DNA of 64,000 nt from Lama guanicoe (taxonomy: Eukaryota), in the NCBI GenBank assembly GCA_013239625.1, contig MU054187.1, positions 19,814,200 to 19,878,199 of the forward strand. Reading direction: 5' to 3'. Below the pieces are notes generated by a model, which saw nothing but the letters and a program-made list of their open reading frames with translations, was not told the origin of the DNA and made no database searches. The number at the start of each line of letters is the position of its first letter. Positions within the stretch are counted from its first letter, which is position 1. The translations under genes and the position numbers were made by a program. Below, piece after piece: positions 25,487 to 37,630 of this stretch.

Positions 25487-26350
25487 TCAGTTGCTCAGCC
25501 TAGAAATTCTGATTCAGCTCTTTCTTTATGGTCCATAATTAACCCATTGTCAGAGACTTTATAATGTACTGTTCAAAGAGATCCAGAATCTTTTCCCTCC
25601 TTTGCATTTTTTTTCTGATACTGTTCTTGTCATCAAATTTGACTCATTTAAATAGCCTTGTCTGTCTTCAGACTCTTCGTTATTCCAATTGAATCTTTTT
25701 TTAATCTATAAACCAAATTCTATTACTTTCCTGCTTAGAAATTACTTTCCATTACCTGTAAGATGAGGTTCAAACTTATCATGATGCAAAAAATTCTTTG
25801 TAATTTGACCCCAAACTCTCTTTTGAGACTCATACTAGCAAAACTTCCCTTCTTCATGTCCCTTGCTCTAGCCACACAAAATCATTGAATGCTCCTTATA
25901 TTTGCTACTTGTTTCACATCGTTGTGTAATTGTGAATGTTTTCTTTAGGGCTTGAGTTTTATTTCTTCTTCCCACTTTCCTTTCTCTGATGACTTCTTCC
26001 ACATTCTTTGAAGCCTGGCTCAAAATTACCTCTTCAAAAAGGACTTTGATTTCCCAGGCAGAATTACTCATCTCTAATATTTGCTCTTAAAACAAATGTA
26101 AAAAAATTGTATAAAACTATTGGGTGTAAGATAGGCTCAAATATGTGTTGTACAACATGGGGAATATAGCCAATATTTTGTAATAACTGTAAATGGAAAG
26201 TAACTTTTAAAAATTATAAAAAATAAAAAAATTAAAGAAAAACCACATTGTATATATAAATCTACAATGGCACTTTTCAGTTATATTTTTCTCCCTATGT
26301 GTCTTTGTCCCTTTTGATTGTAAAGTCCAATGAGGGTAGGCAATTCTGGG
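25487..26350 (+). mobile_element. LINE-2 fragment interrupted by a short L1 3' end (~26115-26242)
   Basis: L2 motifs TTGCTCAGCCTAGAAATT, TCCTGCTTAGAA, GGCTCAAAATTACCTCTTC and GATTGTAAAGTCCAATGAGGGTAGG. L1 motif GTACAACATGGGGAATATAGCCAATATTTTGTAATAACT plus an A-tail. Confidence 0.7.
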
Positions 26351-28379
26351 TGGCACAAAATAAACTGAATTTAAGTGAAAATTTCAAGATATAGAAAAAG
26401 GGTCTAGAAATAATCAACACTAAAATGTATTTCTCCTTTAACATATATTTCTGTTCAATAAATAGTAAACAAATTCTAATTAATGTATATTTTAAGTAAT
26501 AGAAAATAGCAGAGCCTTGCTACAACCTATTTTCAATATCATGAAATATTTAATATTTTGGTTTTCATCAAGAAGGCTGTATGTAATAATGCAGTATTAC
26601 TTTAGTTATATTATTGCAACTGAGTGTCTCTTACATCATTAGCTCCAAAGAACAGTTTTAGCTTAGGGTATACTGAAGTCATAAGTCGAAAACTGATGGA
26701 AAATTTTATAGGCATTATTTCTCTTTGTACTCCTTTTTGTTTTATTGTCAATAGTCAGCATCAAAAATAACCGTAACTTACGTAGCAAAAGGAACCTAAA
26801 TGTAGTTGGGTGTATTTTTCAACGTTGAACTAAATTACTAGAGCAAATACTAACAGTTGAATATGTAGCTGATAAATCATAGACATATACAAACAACATT
26901 AATGAAACATTCAGACTGAATACAGATTCATTTTTAGCAATTTAGAACATTTTTGAGCAACTTCATTTAGCAAGTTGTTCTTACTGAAGGAGGGGAGAAG
27001 ATGTATGACCTCTTTTGGTCTTAGTTTCCTTAGTTGTAAATTGAAAGAATTGGTCTAGGCTTACTCATTGATTCAGAATGCTTACATACCAGATGTTAGT
27101 GCTGGAAACACAACGATGAGCAAGATAGACATAGCTCCTGCCTTCTATTGACTTAAAAGTCATAGGTAAATTTAAATTTCTTTTTCCTTTAGGGCTTCAT
27201 AAACATGGCATGATGATATAAAATTGAGAAGGATAATGAAATATTATTCATATTTTCTTTTTATTCAGAAGCACAGTTTACTGATGTTTATATGATTAAA
27301 ATTTCTTTTTGGAGGACAAGTTTTGATGATTGAATTGTGGTAAACATATTGCCACTATTTTGTTTAGTAATTGGACCCCAACTTTTTTTTTCTGGCCCTT
27401 GACTTTGAACAATAGAAAATTGGTTAATGTATTGACCACACATAGACTAAGGTTTAGTCAGACATACACATTTTAATTCCCAGAATCCCTTATACAGATT
27501 TCATTGTGCACACTGAGTCTTACTTGATTCTAGATTGGTATTATTGTCTATGGCCTTGTATTATTATTATTGTCTTTGGACTTGGTAATGGGGATAGGAC
27601 ATTCTTCTATTGCTTTAAATGCTGTAGCAGAGGGGACAACTGATTCAGAAATATGAATTATTTAGCCAACTTTTAAAATGGATGGTGGATGATGAATAAG
27701 GAGGACAAAGAAATAAGCAAATGTCCACTGTCTTAGTAAATCCGCCCCAAGGAAGCTCTCGGGATTACCCAGAATGACACAAAGACACTAAGAGGAAGAT
27801 AATGATTTTTGAATCCATGTTATAAATGCTTTCCATTTTAGTTGCTAATTATGTATTTGTTAATACCATCGGAGATATTTTCACTATCACACTCTGATCA
27901 TATCCAAAGAACTAATCTTTAGAATCAGAAAACCTGCCACTGTACTTTTAAAAATGTTATCCAGCCGTGTTATATCTCTCCTAAGTGGAACAACTCAATG
28001 ATAAAAGCAAGTACCTTTCAGCTTACTTTTCCATTTAAAATGTGAAAAACTGTAATATTCCTTAGTGTAGCAGGAATGACATTTTCATGGTATTACACCA
28101 AAATTGATTTTTTCCTAGTAATTTTATGGCTCTCATATGAAGAGCTATACCTGGTAGCTCAGATTATACTACTATTCTTTAGTGTAGAGAAGATACCTCA
28201 TCTATTATTGAGGCTGGGGACTGAGGTTTAATGTCTCCTGGGAAGAAGGAAGAAATAAGAGAGACGTCGCCCCTCAGGCCAACACTTCATGACAAGCGAA
28301 TGAGCCTCTCCCACACGAAGTCTTGATTTGCCTTGATCAGTGGCTTCTGCACGGGACCCTGGGGTGTACAGTCCAAGCA

Positions 28380-29088
28380 CGTGAGCCATTGAAGAGCCAT
28401 CTCTCAGATTGCTATAGTTTTGTGGGTCTCATGGACATGAGCCCCTGTAGTTTTCAGAGTTAGATGTTTTGGAAGCTTGTTTCTCAGGTACAGGTCTGTG
28501 TGTGTGTGTGTGTGTGTACAGAAATTTTCTTTTTTTTAAATTGAGGCATAGTTGGTTTATAGTGTGGTGTTAATTCCTGGTGTACAGCATAGTGATTCAA
28601 TTATACACATATATATTATATATATACATTTATATATATACACACATATATATACACACATATATATATATATATATATATACTTCCTTTCCATATTCTT
28701 TTTCATTATAGGCTATTACAAGGTATTGAATGTAGCTCCCTGTGCTATACAGTAGGATCTTGTTGTTTATTTTGTAGATAGTAGTTAGTATCTGCAAATC
28801 CCAGACTCCCAATTTATCCCTCCACTACCCTCCCCTTCAGAGGCACGTCTTAAAAGGACTATGAGTCAGTCCCCGTGCAGGGGGTGGGGGTTATGGTGAG
28901 ACTGTGTTCCAATTTCTCCCACTCACTTTGATGTGGGTCTTCTCTCTTTACCAGTGATGTCGTTCACTCAGCGATTTTTTAGGTTTATTTTTAAAGGAAG
29001 CTGTTCCACATGTAGCTGTAGATGAGGTGTGTTCATGGGAGGATGTGAGTTCTGGATCCCCTTATGTGACCATCTTGAACTAGAACTT
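28380..29088 (-). mobile_element. L1 5' UTR fragment (older laurasiatherian type), interrupted by a younger L1 3' end
   Basis: Minus strand starts GTTCTAGTTCAAGATGG...GAACTCACATCCTCCCATGAACACACC...CTACAGCTACATGTGGAACA, a CAAGATGG (YY1-site-type) L1 start. Confidence 0.6.
28497..28838 (-). mobile_element. Short L1 3' UTR insertion with (TG)n in the tail region and an expanded internal (TA)/(CA) tract
   Basis: Closely similar to the element at 954-1210 (GGTGTACAGCATAGTGATTCA...CTGCAAATCCC...CCAATTTATCCCTCCACT). Confidence 0.85.
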
Positions 29089-29901
29089 TAGACCCCATTT
29101 CTTGATGGAGGGTGGCAAGGTCACATTGTGGAAGAGAAAGTGGGATGGGAGACATTGTTCTGGCAGCCTTTGGAAAGTACAGGGAAATTCCCTGAACCAT
29201 ATTTACTTGAAAGGGAGTGCTGTACACTAAAAGGAGACTAGTTAAACTCAAAGTGATTGGGATAATATTAATTGAAAATTTAAATTCCCCTGTTACTCAG
29301 TGGAGTGTGGGTTCACTGAAAAGATTAGTTTTCTTTCTCAGGTGTTGTAGTAACAGATACTTATTTTGCAGTCCCACTACGTTAGCCTAATTGATTTGGG
29401 TTTAATTTTGAAACCACTATGTTCTCTGTCAATGACATTTTAATAGCTAGGCTATATCTCCACTGTCTAGTCTCAGTTTCAACTGTCCATGAACAAACAT
29501 TTCTCTCTTGATCTATAGTCAGTCTTTTGAGTATCTCCAAATGATGACTGCCTATTTCTTGAGGGGCTCAAAAGTTTTTCACCTGAAATAATAGTCTATG
29601 ATGTCTTTGAGAATACACGTCTCTTCCAACTATCAATAAGTTCTTCAGATTAAACAGCACTTTTATTTCCTTTTAAAAATTATTTCTTTCCTTTTTAGTT
29701 CTTGGGTGATTATCCCTCATGCCTCCAGTGTCCCTAGTCCCAGGTGAATTTTGCATATACTATATTGTTTATTTACTAAATTAGACTTCCTTATTGTCCC
29801 CCAGTTTGTCGCCATGTCACACAGTCATCTAACAGAAATGCACAGACGCATAGAGAATTTTAAATGGCTAAGCAATTGGCTTAGTATCTATATATCATTT
29901 G

Positions 29902-30069
29902 CTGACTTCATGCTTGCTATTTTAAATTTTAATGTTAATGAGTATTTATTCCTATAATCTTGTGGTAAATATATTAACTGACTTCATGCTTGCTATTTTA
30001 AATTTTAATGTTAATGACTATTTTAATGTTAATGAGTATTTATTCCTATAATCTTGTGGTAAATATATT
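29902..30069. repeat. 76-bp tandem duplication with a nested 18-bp duplication
   Basis: Units start CTGACTTCATGCTTGCT at 29902 and 29978. The second unit carries ATTTTAATGTTAATGA twice (30002-30017 and 30020-30035). Confidence 0.95.
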
Positions 30070-32611
30070 TAAACAGAATGTGTTCTCTTTGTGCTTTAAT
30101 TATTGTTACAATTTCTAGAGGACAGTAAGAATTCATGGAAGGGTATTTTGACATGCAGCTACAATCCTTTATGATATTTACTATATACTATCACATACAA
30201 TATTCTGTTCTATGATGATGTAGTTGAAAGGGCTTTGGACAGAAGACTGTATTTTGGTTATAATTTTGCTGTTAAATAAGAAGTTATTTCTCTTTCTTGG
30301 GCCTTTAGGTTCCTCATGTTAAACCCTAACACAGTGTGTTAGATAAAATAATTTCAAGGTTTCCATCCAGTGTTGTCAATGTATTCGTTTCTTTTATTTT
30401 AAGGAAGTGATGAAGAATAACAAAGAATCTATAGTTTAATTTTGCACAAAATGATTCTTACAACTTTCTACTTGGTCACACACTGGCATTTATGAAGGAA
30501 TTGTGTTGAGGTTTTGACGATTTCTTATCTGTATAACTTTAAATGGATTTTGTAGAATCTTGATGAATTACTGAGGTGTTTTTCATTATAAAAGTGGAAA
30601 AATTTTTCTGCACAGTGACATAGCAGTTCAAATAAATTTAGAAATACCACAAATAAATAAACATAACATTAAATTATCCTTGAACTTCAGGCATATGACA
30701 TAATTTAATTTTGTTGTATGATAGAAATGCCTCATTTCTATTCATGTAGAAGAATAGAAAAATAAACTAGTGGAGATAGTGGAATACTTTGGAGAGAAAA
30801 TAGTCAATTTAAGTGCAAATAATGAAGAAAGATTACTGATAGGTATAAAAAAGAAACATTTTACCTCATTTTAATTATTGTGAAAAGTAGTACATTTGTT
30901 TTAGGAAAAGGTAGCTAAATATTTAGCTTTTTACAGATGGAGAGTATATTGTCTTAAATTGTGAATTACATATTTCATGATATTTGATTACATTTGAGGT
31001 TTTACTTAATATTAAATTACATAAGCCAATAGCTGAGTGTAATCAAAGCACATTATTTTGGAAACCACTAAAACATAATAGTCATTTTTACCAGGTGAAG
31101 ACTAGAATTAGATTTGCAGTGTTTTCCTTTGGCAGAACAGACTTCCGTTAGAGGTGGTTTATATATTTTCTAGCCAGAAATTATTTTCCCCCAAACAATA
31201 TTGTTTGTAAAGCTATAATTTATGATAGATTCAAAAATTTATTAGAATGATGTTGATGGACCCTGAGTCCAATTCCCTTGACCATTTAGTTCTCTTCCCT
31301 TTTTTACCCAACAAGTCTTACATATCTTAGAACCCTGAGCATCAAGACAGCAGTATGAAAATCAATACCTTATCATATAAAGTAATTCTATATTAGTATA
31401 TCAATGGCAAGATTAACTTATTACAACATGACCAAAATTTGAGAAAGATATACATTATTTATTGAAATTTCTTCATATATGTATATAATCTGAATGATTT
31501 TTGCCTTACTAATAGATATTAAAATCCTTATGTTGCAAAGAGAGTGGCATATGAAAGAAAAGTAGTGAAGTTTAAAATGGTATTCCAGATCATCTAGAAA
31601 TAATTGAATGAAAAAGGGAGTTTATGTATAAGAAATCAATGGCTATCCTCAGACTCATGAAATTAAGTGTTGCTTTCAAGTTTGTTCAAATTGCTACATT
31701 GAAATCCTGGCTAGAGTCTGATGTTTGTGAAAAGCACAGCACTATTGATTCTGATTTATCAAAAATAGTAGGAAACATGCGTTGTTTTGGGTTGTTTTTA
31801 TTGAATCTTTCCACTTTTGAAGACTTAAAATGACTGGAGTGTCAGAGCTGGATGGTTCTCTGATGTTAATGAACTGCTCAGATTTACTCATGAGGTTCGC
31901 AGTGGCTGGAAATCTCTCTAACACATTTTATGGCATTTATATATGTAATGTGTTTGTCTTTGTAGAATGTTAGCCACTGAGCATCTTCCTGAGAAGCAGT
32001 CGATAAAGATTTGACTGACAGAACACGGAGCTACTAGCCTAACAGATGTTTTTGTTGGCAGTCCCAATATAGCAGAAGCAGACTTACTTGTCATTGTTTA
32101 CATGCTTTTCTATCTTCCTCAATTTTCTGTCACCCTTAGTCATAAACACTGTACCATCTCCTCTGAGCATGTAATCCCACATTCACCTCACCTTTTTCTC
32201 ATCTCATATTCCAGTCATCAGCAAATAAAGAGAAGTTATCATTTCTCTGCTCCACAAAGCCATAACCATAATTTTCAATCAAAACCTCCATGCCCTTGAA
32301 TCTGAACTGGATTATTCATGTGGGAAACTGGGCCAAGGCCTATTGGTCCTCAAATTAGCTTATGTTTTTCTAGAAAGGGAAAAGCAGAATCACCAGCTAA
32401 CTGTCACAGTAATCTTCCCTTGATAATAACATCACTAATCCTTGAAAATCTTCAAGGTAGTTTTATGTTATAGAAATTACCCAAGCCCCTGAGAAGTTCT
32501 GAATTAGACACTCCTATTCGTGAGCCAATGGTATAGACACGTTGAGCTAGGAACTGCTAGAGATAAAACAAGCATGGTCCCTCACTTCAAGCATTTATAG
32601 ATCGTGTGAAG

Positions 32612-32855
32612 GGCAGTGTTGTGTTGTGGTTAACAGCATAGATTTCAGAGCCACATTGCCTGAGTTCAAATCTCTCTTCTGTCACTCTGCAACTCTGGGC
32701 AAATTATTTAACTTTTCCACCTCTCATTTTCCCCTCAATTACCCGTATGTCTTCAGTGACGATTATGAAAATCACAAACTTATGGAGTTGTGAGAACTCA
32801 ATAAGTTAACGTAGGTAAAAGACTTTGTGCCTGGTACGTAGTAAATGCTTTGTGT
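32612..32855 (+). mobile_element. MIR SINE
   Basis: GGCAGTGTTGTGTTGTGGTTAACAGCATAGATTTCAGAGCCAC...GAGTTCAAATCTC...GTGCCTGGTACGTAGTAAATGCT. Confidence 0.8.
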
Positions 32856-32925
32856 TTGCTCTTGTCATTAGTTGGCAGGTCACTTCTTTGTCTCTGTTTC
32901 TCATTTCTCCATGCTACATGCAGTG

Positions 32926-34287
32926 TTTTTAATTGAAATATAGTTCATTTACAATGTTGTGTTAGTTTCAGGTATATAGCAAAGTGATTCAGTTATATAT
33001 ATAAAAAACTGACCAGAGACAAAACACTTCAAGAAAAATGTTATTTAGAACAGATAACAGTCTGTGAAGAGGATCTGCCTTCTTTAAATTATGACCAGCT
33101 CAAAGATCTAAATTTACTTGATGGCAGCATAAAAGAAACATTAAGACTTTGACCTCCTATCATGACCATGATGAGAATGGCCAAAACTCTTCAGACTGTG
33201 GCTAGGTATATCATTCCTCCAGGATATCAGGTGTGTGTTTCTCTCGCTGCAAAGACTTAAAGACTCATGGGTAGAACATCTGGACTTTAATCCTGATTGC
33301 TACTTACAGGACAATCCAGCATCAGATGAGAAGTTTGCCTGAGTGCCATTTGGAGCTGGGCACCATCGTTGTATTGGGGAGAATTTTGCTTACATTCAAT
33401 TTAAGACAATTTGGTCCACTATGCTTCGTTTATATGAATTTGATCTCACTAATGGATATTTTCCCACTGTGAATTATACAACCGTGATTCAAACCCCTGA
33501 AAACCCAGTTATCCAATACAAATGAAGATCGAAATGAAAAAGGCTACAAGGAACTAACATGTGAAACATCACTGTAAACTGCCAAAGCACTGAAGAGAAT
33601 GAAGCTTATAATATATATATATATATATATATTCTTTTTCATTATAGGATATTACAAGATATTGAATATAGTTCTCTGTGCTATACAATAGGTCCTTTTT
33701 GTTTATCTATTATATGTATAGTGGTATGTATCTGTTAATCCCCAGTTTCCAGTTTATCCCTCCCCTTGCCTTTCCCTTTTGATAACCATAAATCTGTTTT
33801 CTATGTGAGTCTATTTCTGTTTGTAAATAATTTCGTTTGTATCACTTTTAGATTCCACATATAAGTGATATCCTATGGTATTTGTCTTCTTTGTCTGACT
33901 TACTTCACTTAGAATGGTAATATCTCAGTCCACCTATGTTGCTGCAAATGGCATTATTTTATTTTTCTTTATGGCTGAGTAATATTCTATTGTGTGTGTG
34001 TATATATATCACATCTTTATCCATTCATCTTCTCTTGATGGACATTTAGGTTGCCTACGTGTCTTGGCTATTGTAAATAGTTCTGCTATGATCACTGGGG
34101 TGCATGTATCTTTTTAAATTAGAGTTTTCATCTTTTCCAGATGTATGCCCAAGAGGGGGATTTCTGGATCCTAAGGTAAGTCTATTTTTGGAGTTTTAAG
34201 GAACCTCCATACTGTGCTCCACAGCGGCTGCACTAATTTGGATTCCCATCAACGGTGTAGGAGAGTTCTCTTTTCTCCACACCCCTT
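32926..34287 (-). mobile_element. 5'-truncated LINE-1 split by the CYP51A1 insert into 32926-33003 and ~33611-34287
   Basis: L1 3' terminus TTTTTAATTGAAATATAGTTCATTTACAATG...GATTCAGTTATATATATA resumes after the insert as (TA)n TTCTTTTTCATTATAGG... and continues to TTTTCTCCACACCC. Diverged TSD CTACATGCAGT / CTCCATGCATT. Confidence 0.88.
33009..33610 (+). pseudogene. CYP51A1: Processed (intronless), 5'-truncated pseudogene fragment of lanosterol 14-alpha-demethylase: C-terminal third of the CDS plus ~70 nt of 3' UTR
   Basis: Translates [77 protein letters not shown], then a frameshift near 33250, then [93 protein letters not shown]. It has the ExxR motif and the haem-binding FGAGxHxCIG motif. 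Premature stops at 33150, 33340 and 33523; native stop at 33535-33537. Confidence 0.96.
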
Positions 34288-35179
34288 TTCTCCATGCATT
34301 TTAGACTCATTGAGCTGAACTCCAAAAATAATAATGCAGAAAATGCCTCTCCCAGTATTTACTTGCACCAATTGATAAGCTGTGTGAGTGTGAGTGAGGA
34401 AAAGAGCAGAGAATGAAGCCAGTATTTGGTACGTGTTTCCAGTCAGGCGAATGGACTGGGTCTGAATGGCCTTGCTTAAAGACTGACAGAACTACTGCTC
34501 TATGAAAGATCTGGGAAAATGCCAGGCAAGAGCTGGTGGGCAGAAGCTGGGCGAACTCTCAAGCAGGACTTTGTGAACAGCAAACAGAATTATTTTGGAG
34601 TGTTGCGGGAGGGCTTCTGAAGGCTGACTTTATTGACTTATCACTTATTCCACTTCACTCTAGTCTACTTGTCTCGTTCAAGTAAATCAATACCCTTTTA
34701 ACACTGGGCACTTAAACGAAAAAGAAACCTATTTAGTAGGTGCAGGCCCCAGGTAGGAAAATCTAAGAGTGAAGCGTTTTCCAGGTCCCATTCTTTCACT
34801 GCTGGCTCCAGAGCTGATCCTCAGTAATAAGGTATTCTATCCCCGGGCATAGGTGGCCTAGCTCCAGTGTGATGGCTGCCCCCTGGACCACAGTTGAGTG
34901 TCCTGGATCCCCATCTTCCTAATCTTGGGAGAGTGTCAGAAGGGTCCATGCTGATGGATAGATAATACCACCCGTAGCAACTGAGTTGGTGAACAGACCT
35001 CAGACCTGTTAGAGCTTTTTTGACTATTGCCTTCCAAAAAACTTCTGTCAGAGCAGAATCAGAATCTCACTAGTTCCTGTCTCCCAAGCCTGTCACCATG
35101 AGCTTATTTCTCACTGGTTAATTTCCCCCTAGTGCCCAGACAGAGAAGAGGGGCCTCAACCCCTTTAATAAATCAGAAT

Positions 35180-35265
35180 ACAGTAGATTCTTATTATTTG
35201 CTGCAGTTACCTAGACATTTGCACGAACACTGAATTAGTGGATAGGAATCATTGCTCTGGGGTAG
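35180..35265. mobile_element. Possible TcMar-Tigger DNA transposon end
   Basis: TA followed by CAGTAGATTCTTATTATTTGC...GAACACTGAATTAGTG resembles a Tigger-type terminus. Confidence 0.4.
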
Positions 35266-35279
35266 ATCAGGATATCTCA

Positions 35280-35977
35280 ATTCATTGGGTTTTGGGCTGG
35301 TAGGCAGTTAATTTATTAGTGGATCATTGTTATTCTTTGAAGTTTGTTTTAAAACTGTATCAACTTCATTGATGGTCTAGGGTAGACCTTAGCTAGAGTA
35401 GCCCTACACCTATGATATGGCCTTTTGTCTGATGTATCAGCTGAGTCCCTGGGTTGTGTGGCAGCTCAGAATTTCCATTTTGCAAGCAATTTGCAACCAC
35501 CAGAATAGCCACTTTATTTTACAAATCCCTAGCAGTGGTTCTTTATCAGACCTTCCTGAGTCTCACTATGTGCATGCATGGCTTTAGGGTTTAACCGAAG
35601 TATTAGATGATCCTTATGTAGATTTGTGAGATCTTTCTTTACTCAGCTTCCTTGTCTGTAGAATCCACTCCACAAACTTTAGCCTCCTCAGCAGCTCCAG
35701 ACTTTGATCTCTGCCTCCTCAGCTCAGTGATATTGCTGTGCTCGGCTTGACCCCATCTCCCTGCATGTAATCTGGAAAATTTTCCCTGGGGCAGAAATTC
35801 AGGTCAATTTGGGGGCTTAACCTTGTATACTTCCTGTTTCAGGGATCAGAGTTCAGTGTTGCTTTTTGACCAAGGTCTGAAAATACTGTTTTATATATTT
35901 TGTCTTGTTTTACAGTCATTTACTATGAGAAAAGTAGTCTGGTACCAGTTACTTTATTATATTTGAAATCAGAAGTT
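35280..35977 (-). mobile_element. Ancient L1M 5'-region fragment
   Basis: TTTTATATATTTTGTCTTGTTTTACAGT...GTCTGGTACCAGTTACT...GAAATCAGAAGT resembles old L1M 5' ends in reverse. Confidence 0.5.
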
Positions 35978-36016
35978 CTCCTGTTGTGAACTTGGTATCT
36001 TTATTTGAATATTTTA

Positions 36017-36261
36017 GGAGAGGGAAAGGGGGAGGGGAATGATGGGGTAAGAGACTAAAAGGTACAAACTACTATGTATAAAATAAATAGGCTACAAGCA
36101 TATGTTGTACAACACAGGAAATATAGCCAATATTTTATAATAACTTTAAATGGAGTATACTCTACAAAAATCCTGAATCACTATGTTATACACCTGAAGC
36201 CAATACAGTATTGTAAATCAAATATACTTTAATTAAAAAACAGAAAAAACAAACAAAAAAA
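36017..36261 (+). mobile_element. L1 3' UTR fragment with A-tail
   Basis: GGTACAAACTACTATGTATAAAATAAATAGGCTACAAG...GAATCACTATGTTATACACCTGAAG...A-rich tail. Confidence 0.85.
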
Positions 36262-36269
36262 GATGTTTC

Positions 36270-37000
36270 AAATGCAATATGCTCCCCTCCAAATTCATGG
36301 TTTTCCCTCCCTAAAACTAAACCAGTTCAGTTATACAAGTCAGAAATTTAGAAACTGCCTCTGACACATCCAGTGAATCATCAAGATCCCTAAATATCTC
36401 TTGAATTTGTACCTCTCTCCATCTCTACTAGCCACTTGGGAGACCAAGATATCATATTGAAATAGCCTCCCAACTGATTTTCTTAACTCCTGCCTCCTCC
36501 TTTTTTGATCTTCTCATTGTAGCCCTGCTGATCTTGTGTAAAGTCAGATCTCCTCGCCTCCCAGTTAGAATCCTTCAATGGATTTCATTTGGCTGTATGA
36601 TGTGGGAAAAACTCCTTGACATGTCCTTATGTCTCAGTGTGGTCTGTTCTCTACTTACCACTCCAGTTTTGTTGATGATCTCATTTAGCTTATTCTCTTC
36701 TGGTCATTCCACGAGATTTTGCTCATGCTAGTCCCTTTCTAGGCATGGTCTTTCATTTACTCACTTGGTTAACTTCCTCTCACCTGTAGGCATCAGTCCA
36801 ATTCCCTCTTTAGGGAAAACTCCTTAATCTCCTTGACTAGATCAGATACTTCAGTTAATATGCTCAAGTAAATTCATATAAATCCGTTGACATTTCACAT
36901 TTTTGTGGTTTCTTTTGATTAATGTCTTTATCCTTTACGAGAGTAAATGTCATGAAAGCTATTTTGTTGATAATTTTACTGCCCATACTTAGTGATAGAG
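36270..37000 (+). mobile_element. LINE-2 fragment
   Basis: CAAGTCAGAAATTTAG, AATATCTCTTGAAT, AATAGCCTCCCAACTG and AATCCTTCAATGG are L2 motifs. Confidence 0.7.
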
Positions 37001-37434
37001 ATGAATAATGTAAAAAGAGGTGAAATGGAGGTGATCAAGAAACACTGGTTAATTGAATAATCAAATCTGCTCAAAATGAATCATACAATATCCATAGATA
37101 CATCACTGCCTGTAGCTGTTGCCACTATGAGAATTACAGGTGTAATTTCCATTAGGAATATACAGTTCTTATCTATATCAGTGACAGAGATATCACAATA
37201 CCATCTCCAAACTAAATGAAAACCTCTTTTCTGTGAATTCTGTTTATATCAAGTTGTAAGTGAATATTTAAAATTTTATTGCTGTTTCTAGAATTTAAAT
37301 ACGAAAGTCCCAAAGGTATGTGTAAAAAGTGTTTCTAGGATCATTCATGTGTTAAATATACACATAAAATTAATAATATCTAAAGTTCTATTCAACATTC
37401 TTATACTATGATTCTGTGCACTTACATTAACTTA

Positions 37435-37630
37435 GGTGAGTATACTTGTATGCCAGGCACCATTTTAAGCGCTTTACGAATATAACCTTACTTAATTTTC
37501 AGAACAACATTATGAGATAGGTATTATAATCCGTATTTTATAGGTGAAGAAACAGAGGTACATATATGTTAAATAATTGTCTGATGTTCAACAATAGAAT
37601 CAGAATTCAAACTCAGACTCTGGCTTTAAA
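37435..37630 (-). mobile_element. MIR SINE
   Basis: TATGCCAGGCACCATTTTAAGCGCTTTAC...TTTATAGGTGAAGAAACAGAGG...GAATTCAAACTCAG. Confidence 0.8.

Noticed and set aside
29902..30069. CRISPR-like repeat-spacer array (also considered for the TSD-flanked micro-insertions)
   Set aside because: Only two repeat copies each, no regular spacers, no cas genes, and a mammalian context.
33343..33525. 60-aa P450 haem-binding ORF as a functional CYP51A1 exon
   Set aside because: It is embedded in an intronless copy with in-frame stops and a frameshift, starts at GTG right after a stop, and sits inside an L1.
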